NCBI GenBank assembly: GCA_005877815.1
Contig: VBOG01000028.1
Location: 4,803-68,802, forward strand
Reading direction: 5' to 3'
Length of the DNA: 64,000 nt
Origin: Nitrospirota bacterium
Lineage (GTDB): Bacteria > Nitrospirota > Nitrospiria > Nitrospirales > NS-4
Position numbers and translations under genes: made by a program. The notes beneath the pieces are model-generated. The model ran no database searches, had not been told where the DNA came from, and saw only the letters and a list, made by a program, of their open reading frames with translations. Below are positions 1-7,761 of this stretch, one piece after another (the first letter of the stretch is position 1; each line of letters starts with the position of its first letter).

Positions 1-143
1 CGAGAGGATTCAGGAAAGGCGTCATCGTTCTGCGCAAGATGATCCGCCCGCTCAAGTCCATCTTGAAGAGTTCCGCCTTCAGCGGGCGCACACACCATCG
101 CGAGGGCGATCAGACAACTTAGACCGTTGATCAGGCCGCGCAT
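1..143 (-). CDS. 5' end of an exported-protein gene that runs off the left edge
   Basis: ATG at 143 on the minus strand. My translation MRGLINGLSCLIALAMVCAPAEGGTLQDGLERADHLAQNDDAFPESS stays open to base 1 and has a signal-peptide-like N-terminus. There is no clear SD. Confidence 0.3.
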   Translation of the reverse strand, partial: MRGLINGLSCLIALAMVCAPAEGGTLQDGLERADHLAQNDDAFPESS

Positions 144-162
144 TCAAGACCCGCTGGTTGAA

Positions 163-417
163 CTATGTTCTGCGATGAGGGCGTCGGTCCCGGACCTTCC
201 TTGGAGGATGATGCTGCGCATCGAGACGCAGGAGCTCTTCATGAAGGAACGCCCGCGCCGCATTGACGATCCGATCGCGCAAGGCTCGATCCACCCCCGC
301 ATCAGCCAGCACCTTCTTCTTTTCGTGAGGAGAGCCACGCGCCATCAGCACCACTCGGACGATATCGGCGCGGAGGTTCAGTTGGGTCGCAATGTGCTTG
401 GCGAGATCGCCTTTCAT
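163..417 (-). CDS. hypothetical 84-aa protein
   Basis: Its ATG overlaps the dut stop (ATGA), which suggests translational coupling. The first ~65 codons look coding, the Arg-rich tail less so. No family recognised. Confidence 0.35.
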   Translation of the reverse strand: MKGDLAKHIATQLNLRADIVRVVLMARGSPHEKKKVLADAGVDRALRDRIVNAARAFLHEELLRLDAQHHPPRKVRDRRPHRRT

Positions 418-860
418 CGCATGCCGGTGGACCCGAACCCGCCCGCGCCGCGGGTGGACGGCGGCAGCGCGTTGGTCTCTTCCAGATCGGGCGTGGCGAC
501 AGACAGAATAAACAGCTGCGCGATTCGCGCGGCTGCATCCACGATAAAATCATGACTCGACAGATTCTTCAGCTCGACTTTGATTTCTCCCCGATAGTCG
601 CGGTCAATCCAACCGGCGCCGACTTCGATATTCTTCGCCACCGACAGTCCCGACCGAGACCCGATGCGTCCCACGTGTCCCTCCGGAAGGCAGATGGCGA
701 TGCCCGTCGGGACGAGCGCATGGCCGATGTCCACGCGGCCGTCCCGGACGACCGAGGCCGGAATAATCGTCCGCTCGTTGGCAAACAGATCGAATCCCGC
801 GGCGCCCTCCGAGCCCCTGACCGGCAGTTTGGCGGTGGCTGAAAGACGGGCGACCTTCAC
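414..860 (-). CDS. dut: dUTP diphosphatase
   Basis: 148 aa with dUTPase motifs AGFDL, GRIGSRSGL, IDRDYRGE and RGAGGFGSTG. Confidence 0.9.
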   Translation of the reverse strand: MKVARLSATAKLPVRGSEGAAGFDLFANERTIIPASVVRDGRVDIGHALVPTGIAICLPEGHVGRIGSRSGLSVAKNIEVGAGWIDRDYRGEIKVELKNLSSHDFIVDAAARIAQLFILSVATPDLEETNALPPSTRGAGGFGSTGMR

Positions 861-1549
861 GGCTGCAGGCGAGGGCGTTCGAGCGTCACGACGCCCTGCC
901 TCGTTCCGACGATCACCAGATCAGCGCGCCCCACGAAGAGCCCGGTGCAGACCACTCCCGGCGTTTTCTCAAGCTCGGTTTCCAGTTCGCCAGGAGCATC
1001 AATCCTGGGGAACCACAGGTCGATGATGTAATGGCCGGCCTCGGTCACGAACAATTGCCCGTCCTTCATGCGCGGCGCGACCCGGCAGCCACACGCCGCC
1101 ACCCGTTTCATGACCGTCCGCCAGCCGAATGGGATCACTTCGACCGGCACCTGAAACGTTCCACCGAGAACGGGCACCCGCTTCGATTCATCCACGAGCA
1201 CCACGAATCGCGAGGCGGCCGAGGCGACGATCTTTTCCTTTAACAGCGCCCCTCCCCCTCCCTTGATGAGGTTGAGTTGCGGGTCCACCTGGTCAGCTCC
1301 GTCCAGCGCGATGTCGATGGTCCACTCCGCATCGTCCGGCAAGAGGGGGATTCCTGCGTCGCGGGCGAGCCCTGCCGTCTCCAACGACGTCGCCACGCCC
1401 CGGATGCGCAATCCGCCCTTGATGCGCTCGGCAAGCTTCGCCATCACATGCCGGATCGTCGACCCCGTTCCCAGTCCGACGATCTGCCCATCGCGGATAT
1501 ATTCCACGGCCGCATCCGCCGCCATTTTTTTCAGCGCGTCCTGATCCAT
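857..1549 (-). CDS. rpiA: ribose-5-phosphate isomerase A
   Basis: 230 aa with motifs GLGTGST, DGADQVD and KGGGGALLKEK. It overlaps dut by 4 nt. Confidence 0.9.
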   Translation of the reverse strand: MDQDALKKMAADAAVEYIRDGQIVGLGTGSTIRHVMAKLAERIKGGLRIRGVATSLETAGLARDAGIPLLPDDAEWTIDIALDGADQVDPQLNLIKGGGGALLKEKIVASAASRFVVLVDESKRVPVLGGTFQVPVEVIPFGWRTVMKRVAACGCRVAPRMKDGQLFVTEAGHYIIDLWFPRIDAPGELETELEKTPGVVCTGLFVGRADLVIVGTRQGVVTLERPRLQP

Positions 1550-1554
1550 CGTAT

Positions 1555-1851
1555 TTAGCGCCCGGCGAGGACCTGAATCTGCGCGGCCAGGTCGAAGTCT
1601 TTTTGTGTGATCCCTCCGGCATCGTGGGTGCTGAGATGGACGATCACCACGTTATAGATGTTGGACCACTCCGGATGGTGTCCCATCGTCTCGGCCACTA
1701 ACGCCACGCGCGTCATGAAACCGAACGCCTCGATGAAATTTTTAAACTGGAATCGCGCATGCAGCTTGCCGGCTTCAAGCTTCCAACCCGGCAGGCTCCG
1801 GAGGGCATCATGGATGTCGGCGTCGGCAAGTTTTATGGGGGCGGCCATCAC
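1555..1851 (-). CDS. phhB: 4a-hydroxytetrahydrobiopterin (pterin-4a-carbinolamine) dehydratase
   Basis: 98 aa. The GHHPEW...HLSTHD core is typical of the PCD/DCoH family. Confidence 0.85.
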   Translation of the reverse strand: MMAAPIKLADADIHDALRSLPGWKLEAGKLHARFQFKNFIEAFGFMTRVALVAETMGHHPEWSNIYNVVIVHLSTHDAGGITQKDFDLAAQIQVLAGR

Positions 1852-1921
1852 ATTCCTTCCGATCCGTAGAATGCGCGCATCCTATATATTTTCCGCAGGC
1901 CTTGCAAGACGAAGGAGTTCA

Positions 1922-3718
1922 TTGATAGTCGGAGTCGGGCATTGCTACAATGATGCACGTGCAGACCACTTCGGAGAAGACACATTGGAAATCCCTGCGG
2001 CGCTCATCAAGACCTTCAACACGGCGCTGAACGAGATGAGCGCCGATCTGTCGTTGATCGCGCTGAAGGAAGACGGTTTCGGCCTCTTTCAGGCTCACGC
2101 TTATCGCGGATTTTCTCCTCGCGAAACGCAAGCCATCCTCCGGGCGCTCTCCTATCCCGAAATCGGGCTTGATGCGCGGGCTCATGAAGAAAACGGCGCC
2201 CCGAAGGTCCGCATCCGCATGACGGCCCCCGCTCACCGTTCGCTCCTCGGCACACCGCTTCGCGTCAATCAACGCGTCTGCGGAGCGCTGGTCATTGGAC
2301 GGAAGGATGTGGCGGCCTTCAGCGAACGAGATCGGCGGCAACTGGAGGAGACGAAAGAAGAGCTGGAAACGGCCATTGCAAAAGCCGATATCCTGCCGAC
2401 TCTCCCCACCTCGGCGCCGGTCTCCGAAGGTCGACAACTCCTGCCGCACGCGGCGTTGACGGAGATGGACAACCCGGCGATTGAGTCCCTCATGGCCGAT
2501 ATTCGCAATCAAATTCCCTATGACCGGGCGCTCCTTACCCGGTACGACCCAGAGAGTCAGCTGTTGACCGGTTTTATGTCGTGCGCGCCCGGGCACATCG
2601 AATGGCGTCATGGACAGACCTATACCCTCGATGCGTCCGCCGCCGGGTGGGTGCTGAGGCATATGAAGCCCCGGCTGGATCGGGACCTGGCGTCCACCCA
2701 AGGACGATTCCTGGATTATAAGGAACTATACAAGGATAAGTTCAAAACAGCCCTGGTGCTGCCGCTCCGGAGGGGAGCGGACATCATCGGCACCATCGCA
2801 TTGTCCTCACGCACGCCGAACTTATACAACATGGATATGCAGCGCGCCGCCGCCGGACGTCTCGAACAGCTCGCCAAAATGCTTCCTTCGATGGGCCCCC
2901 CATCGGGCGTGACGCCATCCGCCGCGCCTGCCACGATCGCGGATTCGACGGATGCGTTCGAAGCGCGTGAGATCATGTTGCGCCAGGAGCGGCAAGCGGC
3001 CATCCGGGAACTGACGGCGTTTCTCGAGCAGGACATCCAGCGGACGCTGACGAAAACACGGATGGAGCTTGAGGAGACACTCACCGACACCGCGTCGGGC
3101 GAAACATTGACCGTCGGAGGCATGGAACGCATCGAGCAGGCGTGCCGTGAGCTGACCGGTATTGAGGCCATCCTCAATGAAATTCTCGATCATGCCAAAC
3201 CCCTTGAACTCCACCCCCGCGTGGTTCGCATTCCAGACGTCATCGACAGCGCTCTCGCGGTGATCGCCAATGACATCGAGCCTCGACGCATCAAAGTCAC
3301 GCGGCAGTTCCCGGAGGACCTGCCGGCGATCAGGGCGGATGAAGGCAAGCTGCAGCAAGTTTTTCTCAGCATTCTGAAAAACGCCCTTGAGGCCATGTCG
3401 CCGGAGGGACACATTCATATTGAAGCGCTTCCCCATAAGGGCGCGCGCGGCCGGCATGAAGTGGCGCTGACGATCCAGAACGACGGCGCCCCGATCCCGA
3501 CCGAACATATCGGAAAGATCTTCGAACCGGGCTTTACGACGAAGGCCGCCGGCACGGGGCTCGGGCTCTCCTCGGTGAAAAAAATCATCGAAGAACACCG
3601 GGGGCAGATTTCAATTGCCAGCGGTCCAGGTCAAGGGACCGCCGTGATCATTCGCCTGCCGGCACATGCAGCCGCCCGCCACCCCGGACGAGGACGGCGG
3701 CGCCCACGAAGACGCTAG
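1922..3718 (+). CDS. cytoplasmic GAF-domain sensor histidine-kinase-like protein (intact HATPase_c, atypical H-box)
   Basis: The C-terminal N-box ILKNALEAM, G1 NDGAPIP, F-box FEPGFTTK and G2 GTGLGLS are all present. The ORF-track start 1658 overlaps the PCD gene, so I prefer TTG 1922 (AAGGAG at 1912-1917) or ATG 2036. Confidence 0.8.
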   Translation: MIVGVGHCYNDARADHFGEDTLEIPAALIKTFNTALNEMSADLSLIALKEDGFGLFQAHAYRGFSPRETQAILRALSYPEIGLDARAHEENGAPKVRIRMTAPAHRSLLGTPLRVNQRVCGALVIGRKDVAAFSERDRRQLEETKEELETAIAKADILPTLPTSAPVSEGRQLLPHAALTEMDNPAIESLMADIRNQIPYDRALLTRYDPESQLLTGFMSCAPGHIEWRHGQTYTLDASAAGWVLRHMKPRLDRDLASTQGRFLDYKELYKDKFKTALVLPLRRGADIIGTIALSSRTPNLYNMDMQRAAAGRLEQLAKMLPSMGPPSGVTPSAAPATIADSTDAFEAREIMLRQERQAAIRELTAFLEQDIQRTLTKTRMELEETLTDTASGETLTVGGMERIEQACRELTGIEAILNEILDHAKPLELHPRVVRIPDVIDSALAVIANDIEPRRIKVTRQFPEDLPAIRADEGKLQQVFLSILKNALEAMSPEGHIHIEALPHKGARGRHEVALTIQNDGAPIPTEHIGKIFEPGFTTKAAGTGLGLSSVKKIIEEHRGQISIASGPGQGTAVIIRLPAHAAARHPGRGRRRPRRR

Positions 3719-3746
3719 GAACAGTGAAAACAGGCGCCCGAACGGC

Positions 3747-3775
3747 TTGACAGCGGTGTCTTAATGAGGTATCGT
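3747..3775 (+). promoter_or_regulatory. sigma-70-type promoter candidate (TTGACA-17-TATCGT)
   Basis: TTGACA at 3747-3752, a 17-nt spacer, then TATCGT at 3770-3775. It lies about 70 nt upstream of the 3848 start. Confidence 0.5.
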
Positions 3776-3847
3776 CTGGTCCGTTTTCGAGTCCCCAGGA
3801 ATTCAGTATTTGAAAGCATTAGATCCTCTTTCATTAGGAGGTTTCAT

Positions 3848-4186
3848 ATGAAACGTGCCATGTTTGTTTTTGCATTAGTTTCAGGTTTTTTGTTTATGTC
3901 GGCTGCTGCCTTCGCCAATCCGGCCCTGCTGAAAAAGCATGACGGCTACCCGGATGAGACGAAGAAGGCAACCACGTCGGTTGGTGACGCAGCCGGCTTG
4001 AAAGGCGCGGAGGATGCCCCCAAGGTCCTGAAGGAACAACTCAAGTCTGCCGATTACGGCGACCGTGCCGGCAATGCCTTCAGCGACGATCCTCGGCAGC
4101 GCAAGCACCCGGGCTATCCGGAAGGCGGTGTGACCGAAAGCCACATCAAGAACGCCACCAAAGTCAACGCCGCTCCGAAGAAGTAA
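3848..4186 (+). CDS. small secreted protein with two KHxGYP(D/E) motifs
   Basis: AGGAGG lies 7 nt upstream of ATG 3848. Signal peptide is MKRAMFVFALVSGFLFMSAAAFA. The repeated motifs are KKHDGYPDE and RKHPGYPEG. No family recognised. Confidence 0.6.
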   Translation: MKRAMFVFALVSGFLFMSAAAFANPALLKKHDGYPDETKKATTSVGDAAGLKGAEDAPKVLKEQLKSADYGDRAGNAFSDDPRQRKHPGYPEGGVTESHIKNATKVNAAPKK

Positions 4187-4207
4187 ACGCAGCGGCGAGT
4201 GATCAAA

Positions 4208-4245
4208 GGGGGGAAGGTCCGATAGGGCCTTCCCCCCTTTTTTTT
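4208..4245 (+). terminator. rho-independent terminator
   Basis: 13-bp GC-rich stem GGGGGGAAGGTCC / GGGCCTTCCCCCC with loop GATA, followed by T8. Confidence 0.8.
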
Positions 4246-4276
4246 GACGGCATCGACCACGGGAGCAGGCCGCCGC

Positions 4277-5506
4277 ATGGGTCTCATTCTTCGCGCCTTC
4301 ACGACATGGCGGATGGCCGTCATCCTGTTACTGGGATTTTCTTCCGGGATCCCGCTCGCACTGACAGGCACAACGCTCCAGGCCTGGATGAAATCGGAAG
4401 GCGCCGATCTCACGGTCATCGGACTGTTCTCGCTGGTGGGGCTGCCGTACGTTTTGAAGTTCCTCTGGGCGCCGTTGATGGATCGCTATATCCCGCCGTT
4501 TCTGGGACGCCGGCTCGGATGGATTCTGCTCTCGCAGGTGGCGCTGGTCGTCGCCATTATCGCAATGGCTTTCACCAGCCCTGTGGCACTGCCGGTCGCC
4601 GCGGCCGTCATCGCCGTCTTGATCTCGTTTTTCAGCGCGAGCCAGGACATCGTCGTGGACGCCTATCGGACGGACCTGGCGGAAACAGATGAGGTCGGTC
4701 CCGCCGCCTCGCTGTATATCGCGGGATATCGGATCGCGTTGTTGGTGTCGGGAGCGTTGGCGCTGATCCTCGCCGATCACCTGCCGTGGCGCACCGTGTA
4801 TCTCTTGATGGCGGCGACGATGACCATCGGCATCCTCGCCACATTGTTCGCGCCCGAACCGAAAACGCCCGGCACCCCTCCGCAAAGCATCGCTGAAGCC
4901 GTGATGCTGCCGTTCATGGAATATTTCCACCGGAAAGGCGCGCTGGAAATCCTGGCCTTCATCGTCCTGTACAAGATTGATGTCGTGATTGCGATGGCGA
5001 TGACAACTCCATTCCTGCTGGAGATCGGCTTCAGTAAAACGGATATCGGCGCCGTCACAAAGGGCTTTGGGTTGATCGCCACTCTGCTTGGCACGCTCAC
5101 GGGCGGCGCACTGATGGTCAGGCTCGGGATGAAGCGCTCGCTGTGGGTCTTCGGCTTGAGTCAGGGGATTTCCGGTCTCTCGTTCACGGCGCTGGCGCAT
5201 GTCGGCCATCACTATCCCATGTTGGTCGCGGCCATCGCCGCCGAAAATTTCTGTAGCGGCATGGGCACCGCGGCGTTCACCGCCTTTCTCATGACGCTCT
5301 GCGACAAACGGTTCTCCGCCACCCAATACGCGCTGCTCACCAGCATGATGGGGCTCAGCCGGGTGGTCGGCGGCGCGCCGACCGGCTATCTCGCCAAAGC
5401 GGTGGGCTGGGAACTCTATTTCTTCATCAGCGTTCTGGCCATGATCCCCGGCCTATTGTTGCTCAGCCGCTATTCCAAATGGTCGCTCCCCGAGCCAGTC
5501 AAATAG
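4277..5506 (+). CDS. ampG: AmpG-family muropeptide/MFS permease
   Basis: Multi-pass membrane protein. The N-terminus LLGFSSGIPLALTGTTLQAWM...LKFLWAPLMDRY is typical of AmpG. ATG 4277 is preferred over the alternative start at 4244, which lies in the terminator T-tract. Confidence 0.8.
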   Translation: MGLILRAFTTWRMAVILLLGFSSGIPLALTGTTLQAWMKSEGADLTVIGLFSLVGLPYVLKFLWAPLMDRYIPPFLGRRLGWILLSQVALVVAIIAMAFTSPVALPVAAAVIAVLISFFSASQDIVVDAYRTDLAETDEVGPAASLYIAGYRIALLVSGALALILADHLPWRTVYLLMAATMTIGILATLFAPEPKTPGTPPQSIAEAVMLPFMEYFHRKGALEILAFIVLYKIDVVIAMAMTTPFLLEIGFSKTDIGAVTKGFGLIATLLGTLTGGALMVRLGMKRSLWVFGLSQGISGLSFTALAHVGHHYPMLVAAIAAENFCSGMGTAAFTAFLMTLCDKRFSATQYALLTSMMGLSRVVGGAPTGYLAKAVGWELYFFISVLAMIPGLLLLSRYSKWSLPEPVK

Positions 5507-5638
5507 CGCATCGTTCAAACGCGGGGGAAAACAGACCGCAGTTACACGAAAGAGTTTCCTGTCCTCAGGGATGAGAAGATGCGACGCGAGGTGAATCCAG
5601 CGAGTCGTGTTATACTCATGCGAACCACGGAGGTCACT

Positions 5639-5842
5639 ATGGCGCGTTTTACGATTACCGAAGTCAGCGAAGGCAATGGCCAACCCCACCCCACCTTTAC
5701 TCACAGCGCCACATACCCCGTGTTGAAAGTCCTCTGGCAGGGGGTCGGCAACTTGCCGGGATTTCTCGTCGCCGACGATCAAGGCCGCTTTCATTTGATC
5801 AGGATGGATCACTGCCGGCTGGGCAAGATCGAAGCTCCGTAA
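5639..5842 (+). CDS. hypothetical 67-aa protein
   Basis: GGAGG lies 5 nt upstream of ATG 5639. This is the first gene of a tight three-gene string. No family recognised. Confidence 0.4.
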   Translation: MARFTITEVSEGNGQPHPTFTHSATYPVLKVLWQGVGNLPGFLVADDQGRFHLIRMDHCRLGKIEAP

Positions 5843-5846
5843 TCCA

Positions 5847-6353
5847 ATGCCACAACTGCCCCCCGAAGAAGCGGGCCAAGAACTGTCCGATTTGGCCTTC
5901 GGCATCGTCGAACAGCATTGGCTGGAACAACACATCGGCAAGGTCATCGATCTCAAGACCCTTGAGAACCAGGACGCAGCCGAGTGGGAATTGACGTACC
6001 TCATTCTCTTCGCCATCACGCACGGCTGCGGGAGCTTCTCCACCCTGGACCCGCACCGGACCACCGCCATCCTGAAGTCCTTCCATTCGGTTCTCCTGCG
6101 TTCCATCGCCGACCAGGCCGGCCAGGAAATCGCGGAGGTGCATCAGAAAAACCTGCCGCCGCGGTACCGCCTGTACGGAGAGGCGGTCGCGGGGGAGGAG
6201 CAGAAGAGTTCCTATAAATTGCTTGGGGAAGCGGCCGCGATTCAGATCCTCGGCAAACCCCTTGAAGATCCTCAGACGGCCGATAATTTTCGCGAAACGA
6301 TCAAAGTGATTTTTACCGAGGTTCGAGAAGCGGCGATCAAAACAATGGGTTGA
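5847..6353 (+). CDS. hypothetical 168-aa protein
   Basis: Starts 4 nt after the previous stop. Predicted soluble and helical. No family recognised. Confidence 0.5.
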   Translation: MPQLPPEEAGQELSDLAFGIVEQHWLEQHIGKVIDLKTLENQDAAEWELTYLILFAITHGCGSFSTLDPHRTTAILKSFHSVLLRSIADQAGQEIAEVHQKNLPPRYRLYGEAVAGEEQKSSYKLLGEAAAIQILGKPLEDPQTADNFRETIKVIFTEVREAAIKTMG

Positions 6354-6847
6354 CATTCCGTCGCCCGCCCACCGATCATGACTTCTTCCAGTTTTTTGGT
6401 AAAGACGAGAAAGGACAGGCCATGCATTTTGACATCGGCGGGAACCAGTATCGGAACGCCTCCAACTCGATCGAGATCGACGGGATGGGGCACTTGTTGT
6501 TCGAGCACAACCGGCGCTACAACGACATGACGCTCAGGGGCATGCTCTTCGACCGAAACGGAAATCTCGTGGCTCGGATCTCGGAGAGCAGTCTGGCGTT
6601 GAACCTGCAGGGCGAATTCGACATCGACGTGGAAGCCTCGGTCGTACGCGTCGTCAGGCGCGAGAGCCGCGACATTTTGCTTGAAATCAAATTTCTCGAC
6701 AAGGAACACGTGCAGATCCACAAGGCGAAGCTCTACACCGGCAAAGGCCATCTCCTGGAGATCACGCCGACCTCATGGACGCTGGGGCACGACTCGCACA
6801 GCGGCGAGATCAAAGACTGTGTCGGCGAACCCGTGAGGCTATCGTGA
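6350..6847 (+). CDS. hypothetical 165-aa protein (or 141 aa from ATG 6422)
   Basis: TTG 6350 overlaps the upstream stop (TTGA). The sequence looks beta-rich. No family recognised. Confidence 0.5.
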   Translation: MTFRRPPTDHDFFQFFGKDEKGQAMHFDIGGNQYRNASNSIEIDGMGHLLFEHNRRYNDMTLRGMLFDRNGNLVARISESSLALNLQGEFDIDVEASVVRVVRRESRDILLEIKFLDKEHVQIHKAKLYTGKGHLLEITPTSWTLGHDSHSGEIKDCVGEPVRLS

Positions 6848-6849
6848 CC

Positions 6850-7674
6850 CTATTGAGCAGATTGCGCGCAGCGGAAGCCGATAAAGGCGTTGCGCGTGTC
6901 CGGCGGGACTTTCGTCGTACGGCTCGCCGAGAGCAGGTAGACCGGCATATCGGACCATGACCCTCCGCGAGTCATCTTGTACTGCCCGCGCGCCGGCCCG
7001 GGAGGATTTCGCGGAGGGCTGTCGGCATAGTACGAGCCGTCATACCAGTCCTGCACCCACTCGGCCACATTGCCAGCAAGATTGAAAGCACCGTACGGGC
7101 CCTGTCCCGTCGGATAGCTTTCCACCGACTTCAGCAAATCATACGAGAACCGCGTCATCTGCCCGAACAAGGCGAGCGACGGCTGCGGCCGTGTGTCGCC
7201 CCATGGAAATTTCTGTTCATTGCTATCCCGCGCGGCTTTTTCCCACTCAGCCTCCGTCGGCAATCGGCGCCCCGAGATTCGGCAATATGCATCGGCATCG
7301 CTCCAACTCACTCCGATGACCGGGCGATCGGCATGCTCGGGAAATTTGACGACATCCCAATTGACCGGCTTCTCCCAGCCCGTGGCGCCTAAGAACTTCG
7401 CGTAGCGGGCCGTCGTCACTTCGTATTTATCAATGTAAAAGGCATTGAGAAAGACCTGGTGGCGAGGCTGTTCATCGTCCAGCCCCTCGCCCTCCGGCAA
7501 CCCCATCCAAAAATCCCCCGCGGGCACAAGCACCATCGGGGCACCGTCCTTCCCTGTGATTTCTTTTGGGAGTGCGGGGCCGTCGGCGCCAAGACCGTCG
7601 GGGACCCGCACCGAGAGCAGCAAGAATCCGAGAATAACGAGTAGCGGCATCACCATTCGCCAACAGAAAGCCAA
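6850..7674 (-). CDS. secreted formylglycine-generating-enzyme (SUMF1/FGE-sulfatase) domain protein
   Basis: Signal peptide plus the family-typical segments RHQVFLNAFYIDKYEVT, GVSWSDADAYC, RLPTEAEWEKAAR, NVAEWVQDWY, RGGSW and GFRCA. Confidence 0.8.
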   Translation of the reverse strand: MAFCWRMVMPLLVILGFLLLSVRVPDGLGADGPALPKEITGKDGAPMVLVPAGDFWMGLPEGEGLDDEQPRHQVFLNAFYIDKYEVTTARYAKFLGATGWEKPVNWDVVKFPEHADRPVIGVSWSDADAYCRISGRRLPTEAEWEKAARDSNEQKFPWGDTRPQPSLALFGQMTRFSYDLLKSVESYPTGQGPYGAFNLAGNVAEWVQDWYDGSYYADSPPRNPPGPARGQYKMTRGGSWSDMPVYLLSASRTTKVPPDTRNAFIGFRCAQSAQ

Positions 7675-7693
7675 AGTCTAGCATACCGGTCCC

Positions 7694-7723
7694 TTGACTT
7701 CATTCTCGCTCCCTCCCTATAGT
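7694..7723 (+). promoter_or_regulatory. sigma-70-type promoter candidate (TTGACT-18-TATAGT)
   Basis: TTGACT at 7694-7699 and TATAGT at 7718-7723, about 40 nt upstream of ATG 7762. Confidence 0.4.
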
Positions 7724-7761
7724 GCCTTCACCTGCGCATGCGTTTCTGATATTCATCGTCG

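Noticed and set aside
1658-1921. 5' extension of the GAF kinase ORF
   Set aside because: It overlaps the well-supported PCD gene on the opposite strand and has no SD. TTG 1922 (with AAGGAG upstream) or ATG 2036 are better starts. Similar 5' over-extensions were trimmed at 23767 (gpmI), 29712 (DUF255), 28066, 29987, 37547, 51676, 53994, 10815 and 16530.
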